Source: an uncultured delta proteobacterium | GTDB lineage: Bacteria; Desulfobacterota; Desulfobacteria; Desulfobacterales; SG8-13 | Length of the DNA stretch: 64,000 bases | Reading direction: 5' to 3' | Assembly: GCA_963848135.1 (NCBI GenBank) | Contig: CAWKCK010000004.1 | Span: 62,001 to 126,000, forward strand | Shown: positions 1-9,599 of the stretch, one piece after another | Numbering within the stretch: the first letter of the stretch is position 1 | How the letters are laid out: the number at the start of each line of letters is the position of its first letter | Made by a program: the position numbers and the translations under genes | Notes under the pieces: generated by a model | The model's input: the letters and a program-made list of their open reading frames with translations, nothing else | The model's database searches: none | Told to the model about the DNA's origin: nothing

Positions 1-96
1 TTTAAATTTAGAATCCAATTCAGTTAATACCCATCGGTAAATCCCCAAACTTTTTGGAGTGACTCCCAGAGCCCGCCAGTTACAGGAGTTACTTTT

Positions 97-233
97 CAGG
101 CTGTTAAGAACGTCATGAACGCCGGCAAAACAAGGCAAAATCCTACAAAAAAGCAAAGTTTATGTGCAATAAATGAGCATATTGACGAAGATTTTAACGC
201 CGTATTGTCGAGCGTAATAGTTTGTCAACTTTG
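97..233. repeat. ~137-bp dispersed MITE-like structured repeat, copy 1 (TIRs eroded)
   Basis: Colinear with 52780-52919 (shared blocks AACGTCATGA, CGCCGGCAA, ACAAGGCAAAATCC, TGCAATAAATG, GATTTTAACG). Confidence 0.8.
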
Positions 234-299
234 AACGGATTACAATCAATTCCTCCGGCTTTTCGGGGGGTGAAGGGGATACTCGAGCGAGGAAGAGAT

Positions 300-1358
300 A
301 TGAAGAGAGACCTGATAACACGGTTGGACGAGGATGGTATTGTCTGCGCTGAAGGCTACCTGTTCGAAATGGAACGTAGAGGCTATCTGACTGCCGGAGA
401 ATTCGTTCCCGAAGTTGCTCTGGAGCATCCCGAAGCTCTCAAAGCGTTGCACAAAGATTTTCAGCATGCCGGTTCGGACGTGATCCAGGCCTTCACCTAC
501 AATGCCCACCGGGAAAAGATGCGGATTATCGACAAAGAGTACTTGCTGGAGCCCTTAAACCGGGCGGCATTGAAAATTGCCAGAGAAGTTGCCGGTGAGG
601 TCGATGAAGGGCAGGAGCCAAGCCTGGTCGCTGGAAACATTTCCAACTCCAATATTTGGAACCCCGTAGATAAAAATAGCCATAATCAGGTCCGTGAAAT
701 GTTCGAAGAAATGGTCAACTGGTCGGCTGAGGAGGCGGTTGATTTCATTATCGGCGAAACATTCTACTTTGCGGAAGAGGCTTTCTGTGCTCTGGATATC
801 ATCAAAAAGACCGGCTTGCCGGCAGTAATCACTATTGCTCCGATGGGCGAGAATATCATGCGGGACAACTGGAAAATTGCCGATACGTGTAAGGAATTGG
901 AGCAGAGGGGCGCTGACGTGGTCGGGATGAACTGTTTTCGGGGTCCGGTAACCATGGTGCCTTACTTAAAAGATATCCGCGATGCGGTCAGATGCCATGT
1001 GGCGGCGCTGCCGGTTCCCTACCGGACGACGCCTGAGCAGCCGACCTTTTTCAACCTCGACGACAACAAGGGTTGCAGAGTTCATTCACCCCATAATAGA
1101 AATTTTCCAACCGCCCTTGATCCGCTCTACTGCAATCGATATGAAATCCGTGATTTTGCCGAGGAAGCCTGGAAGATGAGCATACGTTATATTGGTGTAT
1201 GTTGCGGTGCGGCTCCGATGCACATCCGTGAAGTTGCCGAGGCGATGGGTCGTAAACCCAAAGCGAGCCGGTACTCGGAAAACATGCAGAAACATTTCAT
1301 GTACGGCAGTGATTCGCGACTTCCCGAGCACATTACCGCGTATGGCAGAAAGGCTTAA
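300..1358 (+). CDS. Homocysteine S-methyltransferase, betaine-homocysteine methyltransferase-like
   Basis: GYLFEMERRGY, GSDVIQAFTY, Zn-ligand motifs GMNC and GVCCG; start moved to ATG 300 behind GAGG because the upstream ORF part overlaps the repeat. Confidence 0.85.
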   Translation: MKRDLITRLDEDGIVCAEGYLFEMERRGYLTAGEFVPEVALEHPEALKALHKDFQHAGSDVIQAFTYNAHREKMRIIDKEYLLEPLNRAALKIAREVAGEVDEGQEPSLVAGNISNSNIWNPVDKNSHNQVREMFEEMVNWSAEEAVDFIIGETFYFAEEAFCALDIIKKTGLPAVITIAPMGENIMRDNWKIADTCKELEQRGADVVGMNCFRGPVTMVPYLKDIRDAVRCHVAALPVPYRTTPEQPTFFNLDDNKGCRVHSPHNRNFPTALDPLYCNRYEIRDFAEEAWKMSIRYIGVCCGAAPMHIREVAEAMGRKPKASRYSENMQKHFMYGSDSRLPEHITAYGRKA

Positions 1359-1462
1359 CCGTTTGTTCGGAAGAGTAAATAAAAAATACTGTCAATATGT
1401 GACACTTTAATTCGTTGGTGGCGTAATTTGATGAGGTGATTTTGTGAAATGAACTGCCAATT

Positions 1463-1484
1463 ATTGTGAAAAGTATTTCACAAT
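1463..1484. promoter_or_regulatory. Perfect 9-bp-arm palindrome, putative transcription factor operator
   Basis: ATTGTGAAA-agta-TTTCACAAT in AT-rich DNA upstream of the 1758 gene. Confidence 0.5.
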
Positions 1485-1757
1485 TTAAACTCAATCATTT
1501 TTTGTAGATATGATTGATTCTGGAGGCAATCAAGAGTACAATACCAAAAACACGTTAGCTCGGCTCTGACGGCATATCCCTTAACTAACAATTATTACAC
1601 AGTATTTTATGAATCGTTCAATACATCGCCTCATAAAGATGCCGGCCTTGGCAACGTTTAATGGGGTCACAGGGGTGAGTTGGCACGAAAAAAGAATGAA
1701 ATAGTCTATTTGGGAACGGATCATGGCATTGAACCCAAGCTACCAAACCTTGAAAAA

Positions 1758-4271
1758 ATGATAAGAAAAACACGCAAATCATCTACCAATACATTCCCCC
1801 GAGCATGTTTTTTCGGCTTGGTGGTGTTGGTGTTCATCGCAGCGACAATATCAAGCCTTTGCGTTCCTATCCCCGCTCAGGCAGCTGATGACTTTACGAT
1901 TGTCGTGTTGCCAGACACCCAATACTATTCCTGGACGTATCCGGATATCTTTTTAAATCAAACCCAATGGATTGCCGGTAATCGGGGGCTCAAGAATATC
2001 GCTCATGTTGCTCATGTGGGAGACCTCGTCCAAAACGCCGGAGAACAAACCGAGTGGGAAAATGCCGACTTGGCGATGAGTGTGTTGGAGGATCCTTTCG
2101 CGACGAACCTTCCGGAGGGGATACCTTACGGCGTGTTGCCGGGCGATCATGACCAGCCGGCCATCCTGTATAACCAATTCTTCGGTATCGATCGATTCAT
2201 GGGAAGAAGCTATTACGGAGGTTCGTATTCCTCGACGAAAAATGACAACAATTTTACACTCTTCAGTGCTGGCGGTATGGATTTTATCGTCGTCAATATC
2301 GCTAAGGGAGCCGGGGGCGATGTTCTCAATTGGGCGAACGCGCTTTTGAAAAAATGGTCTGTCCGACGGGCTATCGTCGTTACACACATACTACTGCATG
2401 CAGGTGATCCGGCAGATTTTACTTCCTCAGGACTCGTCATATTCAACGCCTTGAAAAATAACCCCAATCTGTTTCTCATGCTGGGCGGTCACAATGGCAC
2501 AGAAGGCATGCGGACGGATGTCATCGGCGGCAACACCATATACTCGCTGCTCTCGAACTATCAGATTCTTCCCAATGGCGGAAACGGTTGGCTTCGATAT
2601 ATGACATTTTCTCCGTCGTTTAATGAGATTACTTTTACAACATATTCTACTCTGCTCGACTTGTATGGCGACGATCCCGTCATGGGGACAACGACGACGT
2701 CCCAGGAATTTGCCTTGTTTTACGATATGAGCGACAGGCCCTCAGCCCCCCCATCTGCGCCAACGGGATTAAATGCGTTAGCCAATTCGTTTTCACAGAT
2801 AGACGTGAGTTGGACGGATACATCCACCAATGAAGCCGGTTTTGAAATTGAGTGGTCATTTAACGGGGGTAGCACCTTTGATCTGCTGGCCGTTATTGCC
2901 CCGAAGACGTCCACCTATTCACATGCAAACCTGATGGAAGGTACGGAATATTGCTACCGGGTTCGCGCCATTAACGCAGCCGGCGCATCCGCGTATACAT
3001 CCGTTGATTGTGAAACGACCATGACCGGGCCGACGATCGTGACTTACAGGCAGGGTGTCGATGCATATTTTGATAACGTGGATACAAATATTTTGGGTTC
3101 CGAGTCCGGACAAGCCCATGGTAACGACTTGTTGGCTGGCTGGGATAGTGATTTCCCGGGGACCACCGGGCAGCCGAAGTTCGGATTGGTCCGTTTCGAC
3201 AACATATTCGGACAAGTCTCCGGACAGATACCGGCCGGAGCGACTATCCAGTCGGCCACCCTCCGCTATGTGGTGGCTGATGTTGGCGATGATGCCAACG
3301 TCAACGAAGTGACAGTGGATTGGGAGGAAACTGTGACTTTCAATGATTTTGGAACTACTGCGGGCGTTCAGACTGGTGATTACGGGACCTTTGTCGACAC
3401 GGCCACTGGATCAGCTACCGGTGCTTATGTTATCGATGTCACGACCAGCCTGGCGGCTTGGGTCGATAATCCTTCGGCGAACCGCGGTTGGATCTTCCGA
3501 CCGACGGGGACGAACGGTGTTGATTTCAAGACAAGTGAATCCTCCGCTATTGGAGACAGGCCCCTATTAACAGTGGCATATTTCCCGCCACCAACAGGCG
3601 TTCCGACCGCTCCTTCCGCCCCTATCGATCTGAGCGCAATTCCCGTTTCTTTTTCTCAGATTGACCTAACTTGGACCGACACCGCGGACAATGAGGCCGG
3701 TTTCAAGATCGAATGGTCCGACGACGGTGGTACATCCTTTGCGTTGCTTGCGACTACCCCCGTCAATTCTCAAAGCTATAGCCATGCGGGCCTGATGCCT
3801 GACTCTGAGTATTGTTATCGGGTACGGGCAATAAACGCGGCGGGTGAATCGGCAAATACTGTCGTTCAGTGTGCAACAACCGGGCGAGATACAAACCTTC
3901 CTACCGCCCCGACCAATATCAAGACCGATGCCATATCATATTCAGAAGTTGACATCAGTTGGATTGACACTGCGGACAATGAGTCCGGCTTTCAGATCGA
4001 ATGGTCCATTGACGGCGGTTTAACCTTTGCACCCCTTGTCACTGTGTCTGCCAATACTAAAAATTACATCCATTTAGGACTATCACCGGAAACAGAATAC
4101 TGTTACCGGGTTCGGGCGATTAACGTGGATGGCGAATCGGCATATACAGCGGTTCAATGCGCAACAACCTGGGCGAACAATGTGACGATTAGCCCAGGTT
4201 CGTCCGCTACACAAAACGGCGGTGGTGGTGGTGGCGGCGGCGGTTGTTTTATCCAGACATCATTGAACTGA
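1758..4271 (+). CDS. Secreted metallophosphoesterase with 3 FN3 repeats, a DNRLRE-like domain and a Gly-rich CFI C-terminus
   Basis: Signal peptide ending AQA; calcineurin-like motifs PDTQ, GDLV, GDHD, VTH, GGH; three repeats of W.D...NE.GF.IEWS...YCYRVRAIN; IPAGATIQSATL; ends GGGGGGGGCFIQTSLN. Start could be 1680 (TTG). Confidence 0.8.
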   Translation: MIRKTRKSSTNTFPRACFFGLVVLVFIAATISSLCVPIPAQAADDFTIVVLPDTQYYSWTYPDIFLNQTQWIAGNRGLKNIAHVAHVGDLVQNAGEQTEWENADLAMSVLEDPFATNLPEGIPYGVLPGDHDQPAILYNQFFGIDRFMGRSYYGGSYSSTKNDNNFTLFSAGGMDFIVVNIAKGAGGDVLNWANALLKKWSVRRAIVVTHILLHAGDPADFTSSGLVIFNALKNNPNLFLMLGGHNGTEGMRTDVIGGNTIYSLLSNYQILPNGGNGWLRYMTFSPSFNEITFTTYSTLLDLYGDDPVMGTTTTSQEFALFYDMSDRPSAPPSAPTGLNALANSFSQIDVSWTDTSTNEAGFEIEWSFNGGSTFDLLAVIAPKTSTYSHANLMEGTEYCYRVRAINAAGASAYTSVDCETTMTGPTIVTYRQGVDAYFDNVDTNILGSESGQAHGNDLLAGWDSDFPGTTGQPKFGLVRFDNIFGQVSGQIPAGATIQSATLRYVVADVGDDANVNEVTVDWEETVTFNDFGTTAGVQTGDYGTFVDTATGSATGAYVIDVTTSLAAWVDNPSANRGWIFRPTGTNGVDFKTSESSAIGDRPLLTVAYFPPPTGVPTAPSAPIDLSAIPVSFSQIDLTWTDTADNEAGFKIEWSDDGGTSFALLATTPVNSQSYSHAGLMPDSEYCYRVRAINAAGESANTVVQCATTGRDTNLPTAPTNIKTDAISYSEVDISWIDTADNESGFQIEWSIDGGLTFAPLVTVSANTKNYIHLGLSPETEYCYRVRAINVDGESAYTAVQCATTWANNVTISPGSSATQNGGGGGGGGGCFIQTSLN

Positions 4272-4274
4272 TTT

Positions 4275-4312
4275 GAGGGGAAGGGCATAGGCCCTTTCCC
4301 TCCCGATTTTTT
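4275..4312 (+). terminator. Intrinsic terminator
   Basis: GAGGGGAAGGGC-atag-GCCCTTTCCCTC followed by ccgaTTTTTT right after the stop codon. Confidence 0.65.
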
Positions 4313-4493
4313 GAACCCCTTACACTCTTTACCCGAACGACGAAGGCAATTTCCCTCCATTAGTTAGAATCATAAGTTCTGTTTACATTTGTTTAATTAA
4401 GAATTTCACGCCATAGCGTTAGGTTGCATATTGCGGCTTCTCCAAAGGTGCACAAAACTTTCTATGTTGTTTTGCCGTATGGGGCCTGGCGAT

Positions 4494-5684
4494 TCATCCG
4501 ATCTTCAGCACCAGTGCCCCGGCCGTGTCGCCTGCCGCACATCCGGAAAAGAGCATGTATCCACCGCCCTTCATGACCGTCTCCTCGATACCTTCGATAA
4601 TCAACCGAGCGGCTGTGGGCGCCTGGGGGTGTCCGAATATCAACGAGCTGCCGAAATTGTTGAAACCGTTGACATCGATGTTCATTTGAGCGGCCATGTA
4701 GATATCATTGGCAGCAAAAGGGTTATGGGTTTTAATGACGTTCGTGTCGGCTATACCGATACCGGCTTTGTCCAGCGCCATCTGGGCCGCCGGGACCACC
4801 GCCATGGCCATATGTGCCTTCTTGGTGCGGTGGTACCCATAAGAAATCACTTGTATTTCAGCGTTTTTATTGGTGCTCAGCTCGCGTGCTTTTTCACGCG
4901 TTGTCACCACCACTGCACAATTGCCGTCTGCCGGATGCGTCTGGGAGCCGAAGGTAATCGTACCGTTCGGCAGCACCGGACGCAGACCGGCCAAACCCTC
5001 GGCCGTCGTTTCCATGACGCCCTCGTCAGCCGCGACGGTCAGCGTCTTTTTGCGGGAAACTTTTACTTCGATCGGGAACATGTAGCGTTTCTGAAAGGCC
5101 CGATCATCCGCCAGGGCATCTTTGTATTGCTCGTAGCGACGCAGGGCCACGGCATCACACTGTTCCCGGGTGATGGTGGCTTCTTTGGCAACATTTTCGG
5201 CGGTTTGAACCATCGAGGTGCCACCCCACGGATCAAAGCCGAAGTGGTCCATAACCCAGTTCTCGGAGATCACTTGGCCACCGGGACCCGCCGGATTGGG
5301 CCAAATGGTATGGGGCCCGTTGGAGCAACGGTCTACGGCCAGGGTGTAACAATTTTCGTAAAGGCCGGTTTCGATGCCCACGGCGGCTTGAAAGATACCG
5401 GTGGTTGAAGTGGAACAGGCCTGGCTGATTAAAAGACCAGGTGTGGCGTCAGCACCGATCAGCGCCGAGGCCCAAGGGCCGCCATAAAACATCTTCGGTT
5501 GGCCGACAGTGACGCCCAGAATCAGGTAATCGAACATCTTGGCATCCCACTCTTGAGCCGCCAGCCAGCGCTGTGAGGTTTCAGCCCCCAGGGTAATGGC
5601 ATTCACATTGGCCAGCGTTCCTTGCCAGCGAGCAAACGGCGTACTGTAATAGCCGCCGTACGGAATATAGGCTTTGGTCAACAT
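4494..5684 (-). CDS. Thiolase family protein with atypical HNPF fingerprint
   Basis: ACSTS, THNPFA, FGHP, GCAAG; start at ATG 5684 behind GGAGG. Confidence 0.85.
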   Translation of the reverse strand: MLTKAYIPYGGYYSTPFARWQGTLANVNAITLGAETSQRWLAAQEWDAKMFDYLILGVTVGQPKMFYGGPWASALIGADATPGLLISQACSTSTTGIFQAAVGIETGLYENCYTLAVDRCSNGPHTIWPNPAGPGGQVISENWVMDHFGFDPWGGTSMVQTAENVAKEATITREQCDAVALRRYEQYKDALADDRAFQKRYMFPIEVKVSRKKTLTVAADEGVMETTAEGLAGLRPVLPNGTITFGSQTHPADGNCAVVVTTREKARELSTNKNAEIQVISYGYHRTKKAHMAMAVVPAAQMALDKAGIGIADTNVIKTHNPFAANDIYMAAQMNIDVNGFNNFGSSLIFGHPQAPTAARLIIEGIEETVMKGGGYMLFSGCAAGDTAGALVLKIG

Positions 5685-5785
5685 CAATAAAGTCCTCCAC
5701 AATAAAGGGTCATTGTTACACGATAGTGCGAATCAATACGCATCCTCGAATTGTCTATAGCACTATTCGGCTGATAATTATTCTT

Positions 5786-7366
5786 CTATTTTTTTTCTTT
5801 TTTTACGTTTTGGCCGAACTTTTCCCGGAGCTTTCGGTGAAGAATCTTGCCGGTCGGGGTCCGCGGCATTTCGTCCGACTCGATGAATACCACTTCCTTG
5901 GGCCGCTTGAATCCGGCCAGTTTGTCTTTGCAACAATCCCGAATAACATCGTCGTTGATATCTTCTTCACTAAAACCCGGCTTGGGCACGACAACGGCAA
6001 TAACCTTTTCGCCCCATTTTTCGTCTGGAAGACCGATACAGGCGCAGTCGAATACGCATTCGTGACTGCCGACAATCTCCTCAACCTCGCTGGGATAGAC
6101 ATGCTCGCCGCCGGTGATGATCATGTTGTCTTTGCGATCGACAATTTCGAAAAAACCGTCTTCATCACGCCGGGCCATGTCGCCGGCCGAAAACCATCCG
6201 TCGCGAAACGACGCTGCGGTATTTTCAGGTAGCTTGTAGTACTCTTTGAACAACATCGGACCGCGGGAGAATAGTTCGCCGACTTGGCCAACCCCGACTT
6301 CTTTGTCGTTTTCATCGAATAATTTGACGAAATCGGTTCCCAGGCTTTCGAAACCGATGGAACCCAATTTTGTCATCTGAAACTCCGGCTTGAGAACGGT
6401 GACGATACCGGCTTCTGTCGATCCGTAACCTTCGTACAGTTCCACACCGGGAAAGAATTCCATAATGGCCAGCTTCATTGCTTTGCGTACCGGTGCCGAA
6501 GAACAAAGAAGTTTGCGGATTGAGCTGACGTCGTATCTTCGTGCCTCTCCGGGGGCGTTCAGAATCAGGTTGTAGTGGGTTGGAATCAGGGAGATAAAAG
6601 TGATTTTTTCCTGCTCGACAATCTCCAAAATTTCTTCTGCCTTGAATGACTGTGCCGGGTGAATATATACCGAGGCACCGATGTAAGTGAAGGTGAAGGT
6701 GAAGAATGTGGAGTTGATGTGGCACAGCGGCATGACATTCAGGCAGATGTCGTGCTCGTTGAAACCAAAATCGACGGCGTTGATCAGGTAAAATGCCACA
6801 TGGGAGGCATGCGTCCGCACCACGCCTTTCGGTTTTCCGGTGGTACCGGACGTGTAAATAAGAATCCAAGTATCTTCAGGGTCAACCGCAGATAACGGTT
6901 CGCTGTCCGGCGCATTGGCGATAATCTCTTCATAAAGGTGGTAACCAGACTCTCCCTCACCGACAACGATGTAGTTCTGCGGGGGAATATTTTTAAGACC
7001 GGACCGTATCGGTGCCACTGTGCCGGTGAACTGGTCGTGCACCACGAGCGCTTTGGCATCGGAATTACCGAGGATGTATTCAACATCAGCGCTGACCAGG
7101 CGGAAATTAATCGGAACGATGACAAGGCCGGTTTTAGCCGTTGCCAGATACATTTCAATAATTTCGATACTGTTTTCCAGCAATACCGCTACTTTATCGC
7201 CCTTGGAAAGCCCCAGGGCAAGCAGGCTATGGGCCAGCTGGTTGACGCGCCGATTCGTTTCAGGATAGGTGAAGCGTCGTCGACGATCTTGCAGGCATAC
7301 CGTTTCGGGAAACTTCTTGGCGTTGACTTTCAGATTTTGCCCCAGATTCATCCAACAGGATGACAT
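5786..7366 (-). CDS. AMP-forming acyl/aryl-CoA ligase
   Basis: YTSGTTGKPKG, YGSTE, SAGD, DRKDNMIITGGE, PRTPTGK; start behind GGAGGTG. Confidence 0.9.
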   Translation of the reverse strand: MSSCWMNLGQNLKVNAKKFPETVCLQDRRRRFTYPETNRRVNQLAHSLLALGLSKGDKVAVLLENSIEIIEMYLATAKTGLVIVPINFRLVSADVEYILGNSDAKALVVHDQFTGTVAPIRSGLKNIPPQNYIVVGEGESGYHLYEEIIANAPDSEPLSAVDPEDTWILIYTSGTTGKPKGVVRTHASHVAFYLINAVDFGFNEHDICLNVMPLCHINSTFFTFTFTYIGASVYIHPAQSFKAEEILEIVEQEKITFISLIPTHYNLILNAPGEARRYDVSSIRKLLCSSAPVRKAMKLAIMEFFPGVELYEGYGSTEAGIVTVLKPEFQMTKLGSIGFESLGTDFVKLFDENDKEVGVGQVGELFSRGPMLFKEYYKLPENTAASFRDGWFSAGDMARRDEDGFFEIVDRKDNMIITGGEHVYPSEVEEIVGSHECVFDCACIGLPDEKWGEKVIAVVVPKPGFSEEDINDDVIRDCCKDKLAGFKRPKEVVFIESDEMPRTPTGKILHRKLREKFGQNVKKEKK

Positions 7367-7381
7367 TTCCACCTCCATTGA

Positions 7382-7453
7382 AAAGCTCAAAACTGAAGGC
7401 TGAAAGCGATAGGTTCCGTTGCCTCACACGTCTCCGCTTTGCGCTTTCAGGCT
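7382..7453. repeat. Inverted 7-bp periodic mini-array forming an intergenic stem-loop
   Basis: aaagctc-aaaactg-aaggctg-aaagcga ... cgctttg-cgctttc-aggct. Confidence 0.45.
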
Positions 7454-9530
7454 ACAATCGTATTCTTGCATCGACCACCACAGCGGCATTTTCAAAAGCC
7501 ATGACTGGGTTCAGGTCCATCTCTTGAATGGCCGGAAGGTCGGAAACCAGTTGAGAGAGGCGCAGGATAATTTCCGCCAAGCTGCCGCGGTCAACGCCTT
7601 TTTGAGCTCTATAACCTTTTAAAAACGCTGAGCCTTTTATCGACGTGAGCATTTCCTGGGCTTCGGCATCAGTCACGGGTGTCAGATTGAAAACGACGTC
7701 TTTGAGAACCTCGACATAGATTCCTCCCAAGCCGAACATAATCATATGCCCCAGATCGGCTTCCGCCTTGGCGCCCATGATCACCTCCAAGCCGCCGGGG
7801 AGATATTTTTGAACCAGGAATTGCAAACTATTGACGGCGAGTTTTTTCTGCATTTGCTCTACGGCCAACTGCACCGCCTGGCCGTCTGCGAGATTTACGG
7901 CGACGGCGCCCATATCGCTTTTGTGCACGATATTGGCGGCATCGGCTTTAACCACAACCGGGAAACCGATACTCTCGGCGGCTTTGACTGCCTCGGCAGG
8001 ATTGGCGGCCATTTTCCAGCCGGCCACAGGAATACCGTAAGCGTCCAGAATTCCATAGACGTCATCAGCCGACAGGTTTTTACGGCCAGCCTCTGCAGCC
8101 TTGGCTAAAATGTTTTCTCCCTTGTGCTTGTCTACATCTCCAAAGGTTTTCGCTTCGCCGATCTCACGGCTGCGGATTTTGTGATAGCGAACCAGGGCCG
8201 CCATGGCCCGTGCCGCCTCTCCTGGCAGACTGAAGCAGGGGACCCCGCCGTCTTGCAGAATCTTTACGACGTTGGCCCATTGGTGCCGGTCGGTCATCAA
8301 ATTGCATACGATCGGTTTTCGGCCTTGCCGGCTCACATCGACGATTTGCCGAGCGATACTCTCGTTGTCGACGAAGAAGGGCGTAACAAAGTTGACGAAC
8401 ACACAGTCGAAAGCATCGTCCGCCATCATGGCATCCATACACGCTCTATAATGGGCTGCGGTGCCGGTGGCCAGGACATCGATCGGATTTTTGACCGAGG
8501 CTTCCGGGTAGAGGGTTTCTTTAAGAAGCATTTCGGTTTTTTCTGATAGGGGTGGCAGTCGGCAGCCGGCGTCCACAAGAATGTCAGTCGCAATCACCGC
8601 CGGTCCTCCGGTGTTGGTAATGATGCCGACGCGATTTCCCTTCGGAATCGGCTGGGTCGCAAAAGCGGCCGCCGCCTGAATCAATTCGCCTTCATCCATA
8701 AACACCACCACGCCGGCCTTCTTGAAGATCAGGTCGGTGGCCAGATCCTCCTTTGCCAGTCCTCCGGTGTGGGATGCGGCGGCTTTGGCGCCTTCCCGAG
8801 TTCGTCCGGCCTTCATTGCCAGGATCGGCTTTGCGGCAGTGACCTTCCGCACCGTTTGCAGGAAGTTGGCCGGATCCCTCAGTCCTTCCACATAAGTAAC
8901 GATGACGCGCGTTCCCTCGTCCTGTCCCAGGTAGTCGATAATTTCGGGGATGGTGACGTCGCAGGCATTGCCGTTGGAGGCGTAGATTCGCGTGCCGACG
9001 CCCATGGCGGCAAAGCCCTGGTGGATGACTTCGGCGACCCCACCGCTGAGGGCGACGATAGAAATGAAGCCTGGTTCCGGCTTGGTGAAAGTGAAGTTGC
9101 AGTAGGCCCTGATATCGGGGTCAGAGTTAATGACTCCCTGGCAATTGGGGCCGAATATGCGGATACCGTATTGGGCCGCTCGGGCCAGAAAATCCTTTTC
9201 GATGGCTTCGCCCTCGGCACCGGTTTCCGAGAAACCGCCGGAATTGATGATAATATGTTTGACCCCTTTTTTTCCGCAGTCCTCAACGGCCTGTGGGACG
9301 AATTTCGCCGGTATGACCATGTGAACAACATCGATGTTATCCGGGCAATCCGTGATCGATTTGTAGGCCTTGATTCCTCTTATTTCATCCGCTTTGGGAT
9401 TGATAGGATAGATCGTGCCTTTGAATCCGAAATCGATCAGGTTTTTGATCACGCGATTGCCAATGGAGAGTTCCTTGCTCGAGGCGCCGATAACGGCGAC
9501 TTTTTTAGGCCTGAACAATGCGTCTAGCAT
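7452..9530 (-). CDS. Acetate/acyl-CoA ligase (ADP-forming), fused alpha-beta
   Basis: CoA-binding VAVIGAS, GPNCQG, phospho-His ASHTG, TNTGG, ATP-grasp HKSD and EMDLNP; no GNAT domain. Confidence 0.9.
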   Translation of the reverse strand: MLDALFRPKKVAVIGASSKELSIGNRVIKNLIDFGFKGTIYPINPKADEIRGIKAYKSITDCPDNIDVVHMVIPAKFVPQAVEDCGKKGVKHIIINSGGFSETGAEGEAIEKDFLARAAQYGIRIFGPNCQGVINSDPDIRAYCNFTFTKPEPGFISIVALSGGVAEVIHQGFAAMGVGTRIYASNGNACDVTIPEIIDYLGQDEGTRVIVTYVEGLRDPANFLQTVRKVTAAKPILAMKAGRTREGAKAAASHTGGLAKEDLATDLIFKKAGVVVFMDEGELIQAAAAFATQPIPKGNRVGIITNTGGPAVIATDILVDAGCRLPPLSEKTEMLLKETLYPEASVKNPIDVLATGTAAHYRACMDAMMADDAFDCVFVNFVTPFFVDNESIARQIVDVSRQGRKPIVCNLMTDRHQWANVVKILQDGGVPCFSLPGEAARAMAALVRYHKIRSREIGEAKTFGDVDKHKGENILAKAAEAGRKNLSADDVYGILDAYGIPVAGWKMAANPAEAVKAAESIGFPVVVKADAANIVHKSDMGAVAVNLADGQAVQLAVEQMQKKLAVNSLQFLVQKYLPGGLEVIMGAKAEADLGHMIMFGLGGIYVEVLKDVVFNLTPVTDAEAQEMLTSIKGSAFLKGYRAQKGVDRGSLAEIILRLSQLVSDLPAIQEMDLNPVMAFENAAVVVDARIRL

Positions 9531-9599
9531 TTTCTGCTCTCCTTGCGATGGGTGTTTTTGTTTTAGTCGACCTTATATTTTACACGTTAAAAATTCAGT

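Noticed and set aside
30..96. Possible riboswitch upstream of the methyltransferase (GGTAAATCC...GCCAGTTAC recalls c-di-GMP-I; hairpin GTGACTCC/GGAGTTAC)
   Set aside because: Lacks the GAAA tetraloop, GACGCAAAG and P3, and shows no SAM-I or cobalamin core; an Rfam scan would settle it.
2750..4170. Three similar ~280-bp DNA segments
   Set aside because: Explained by the FN3 domain repeats of the encoded protein.
4431..5408. Long antisense ORFs (also 11884-13047, 23466-24275, 37859-38773 and others)
   Set aside because: Shadows of well-supported genes on the opposite strand, with no recognisable motifs.
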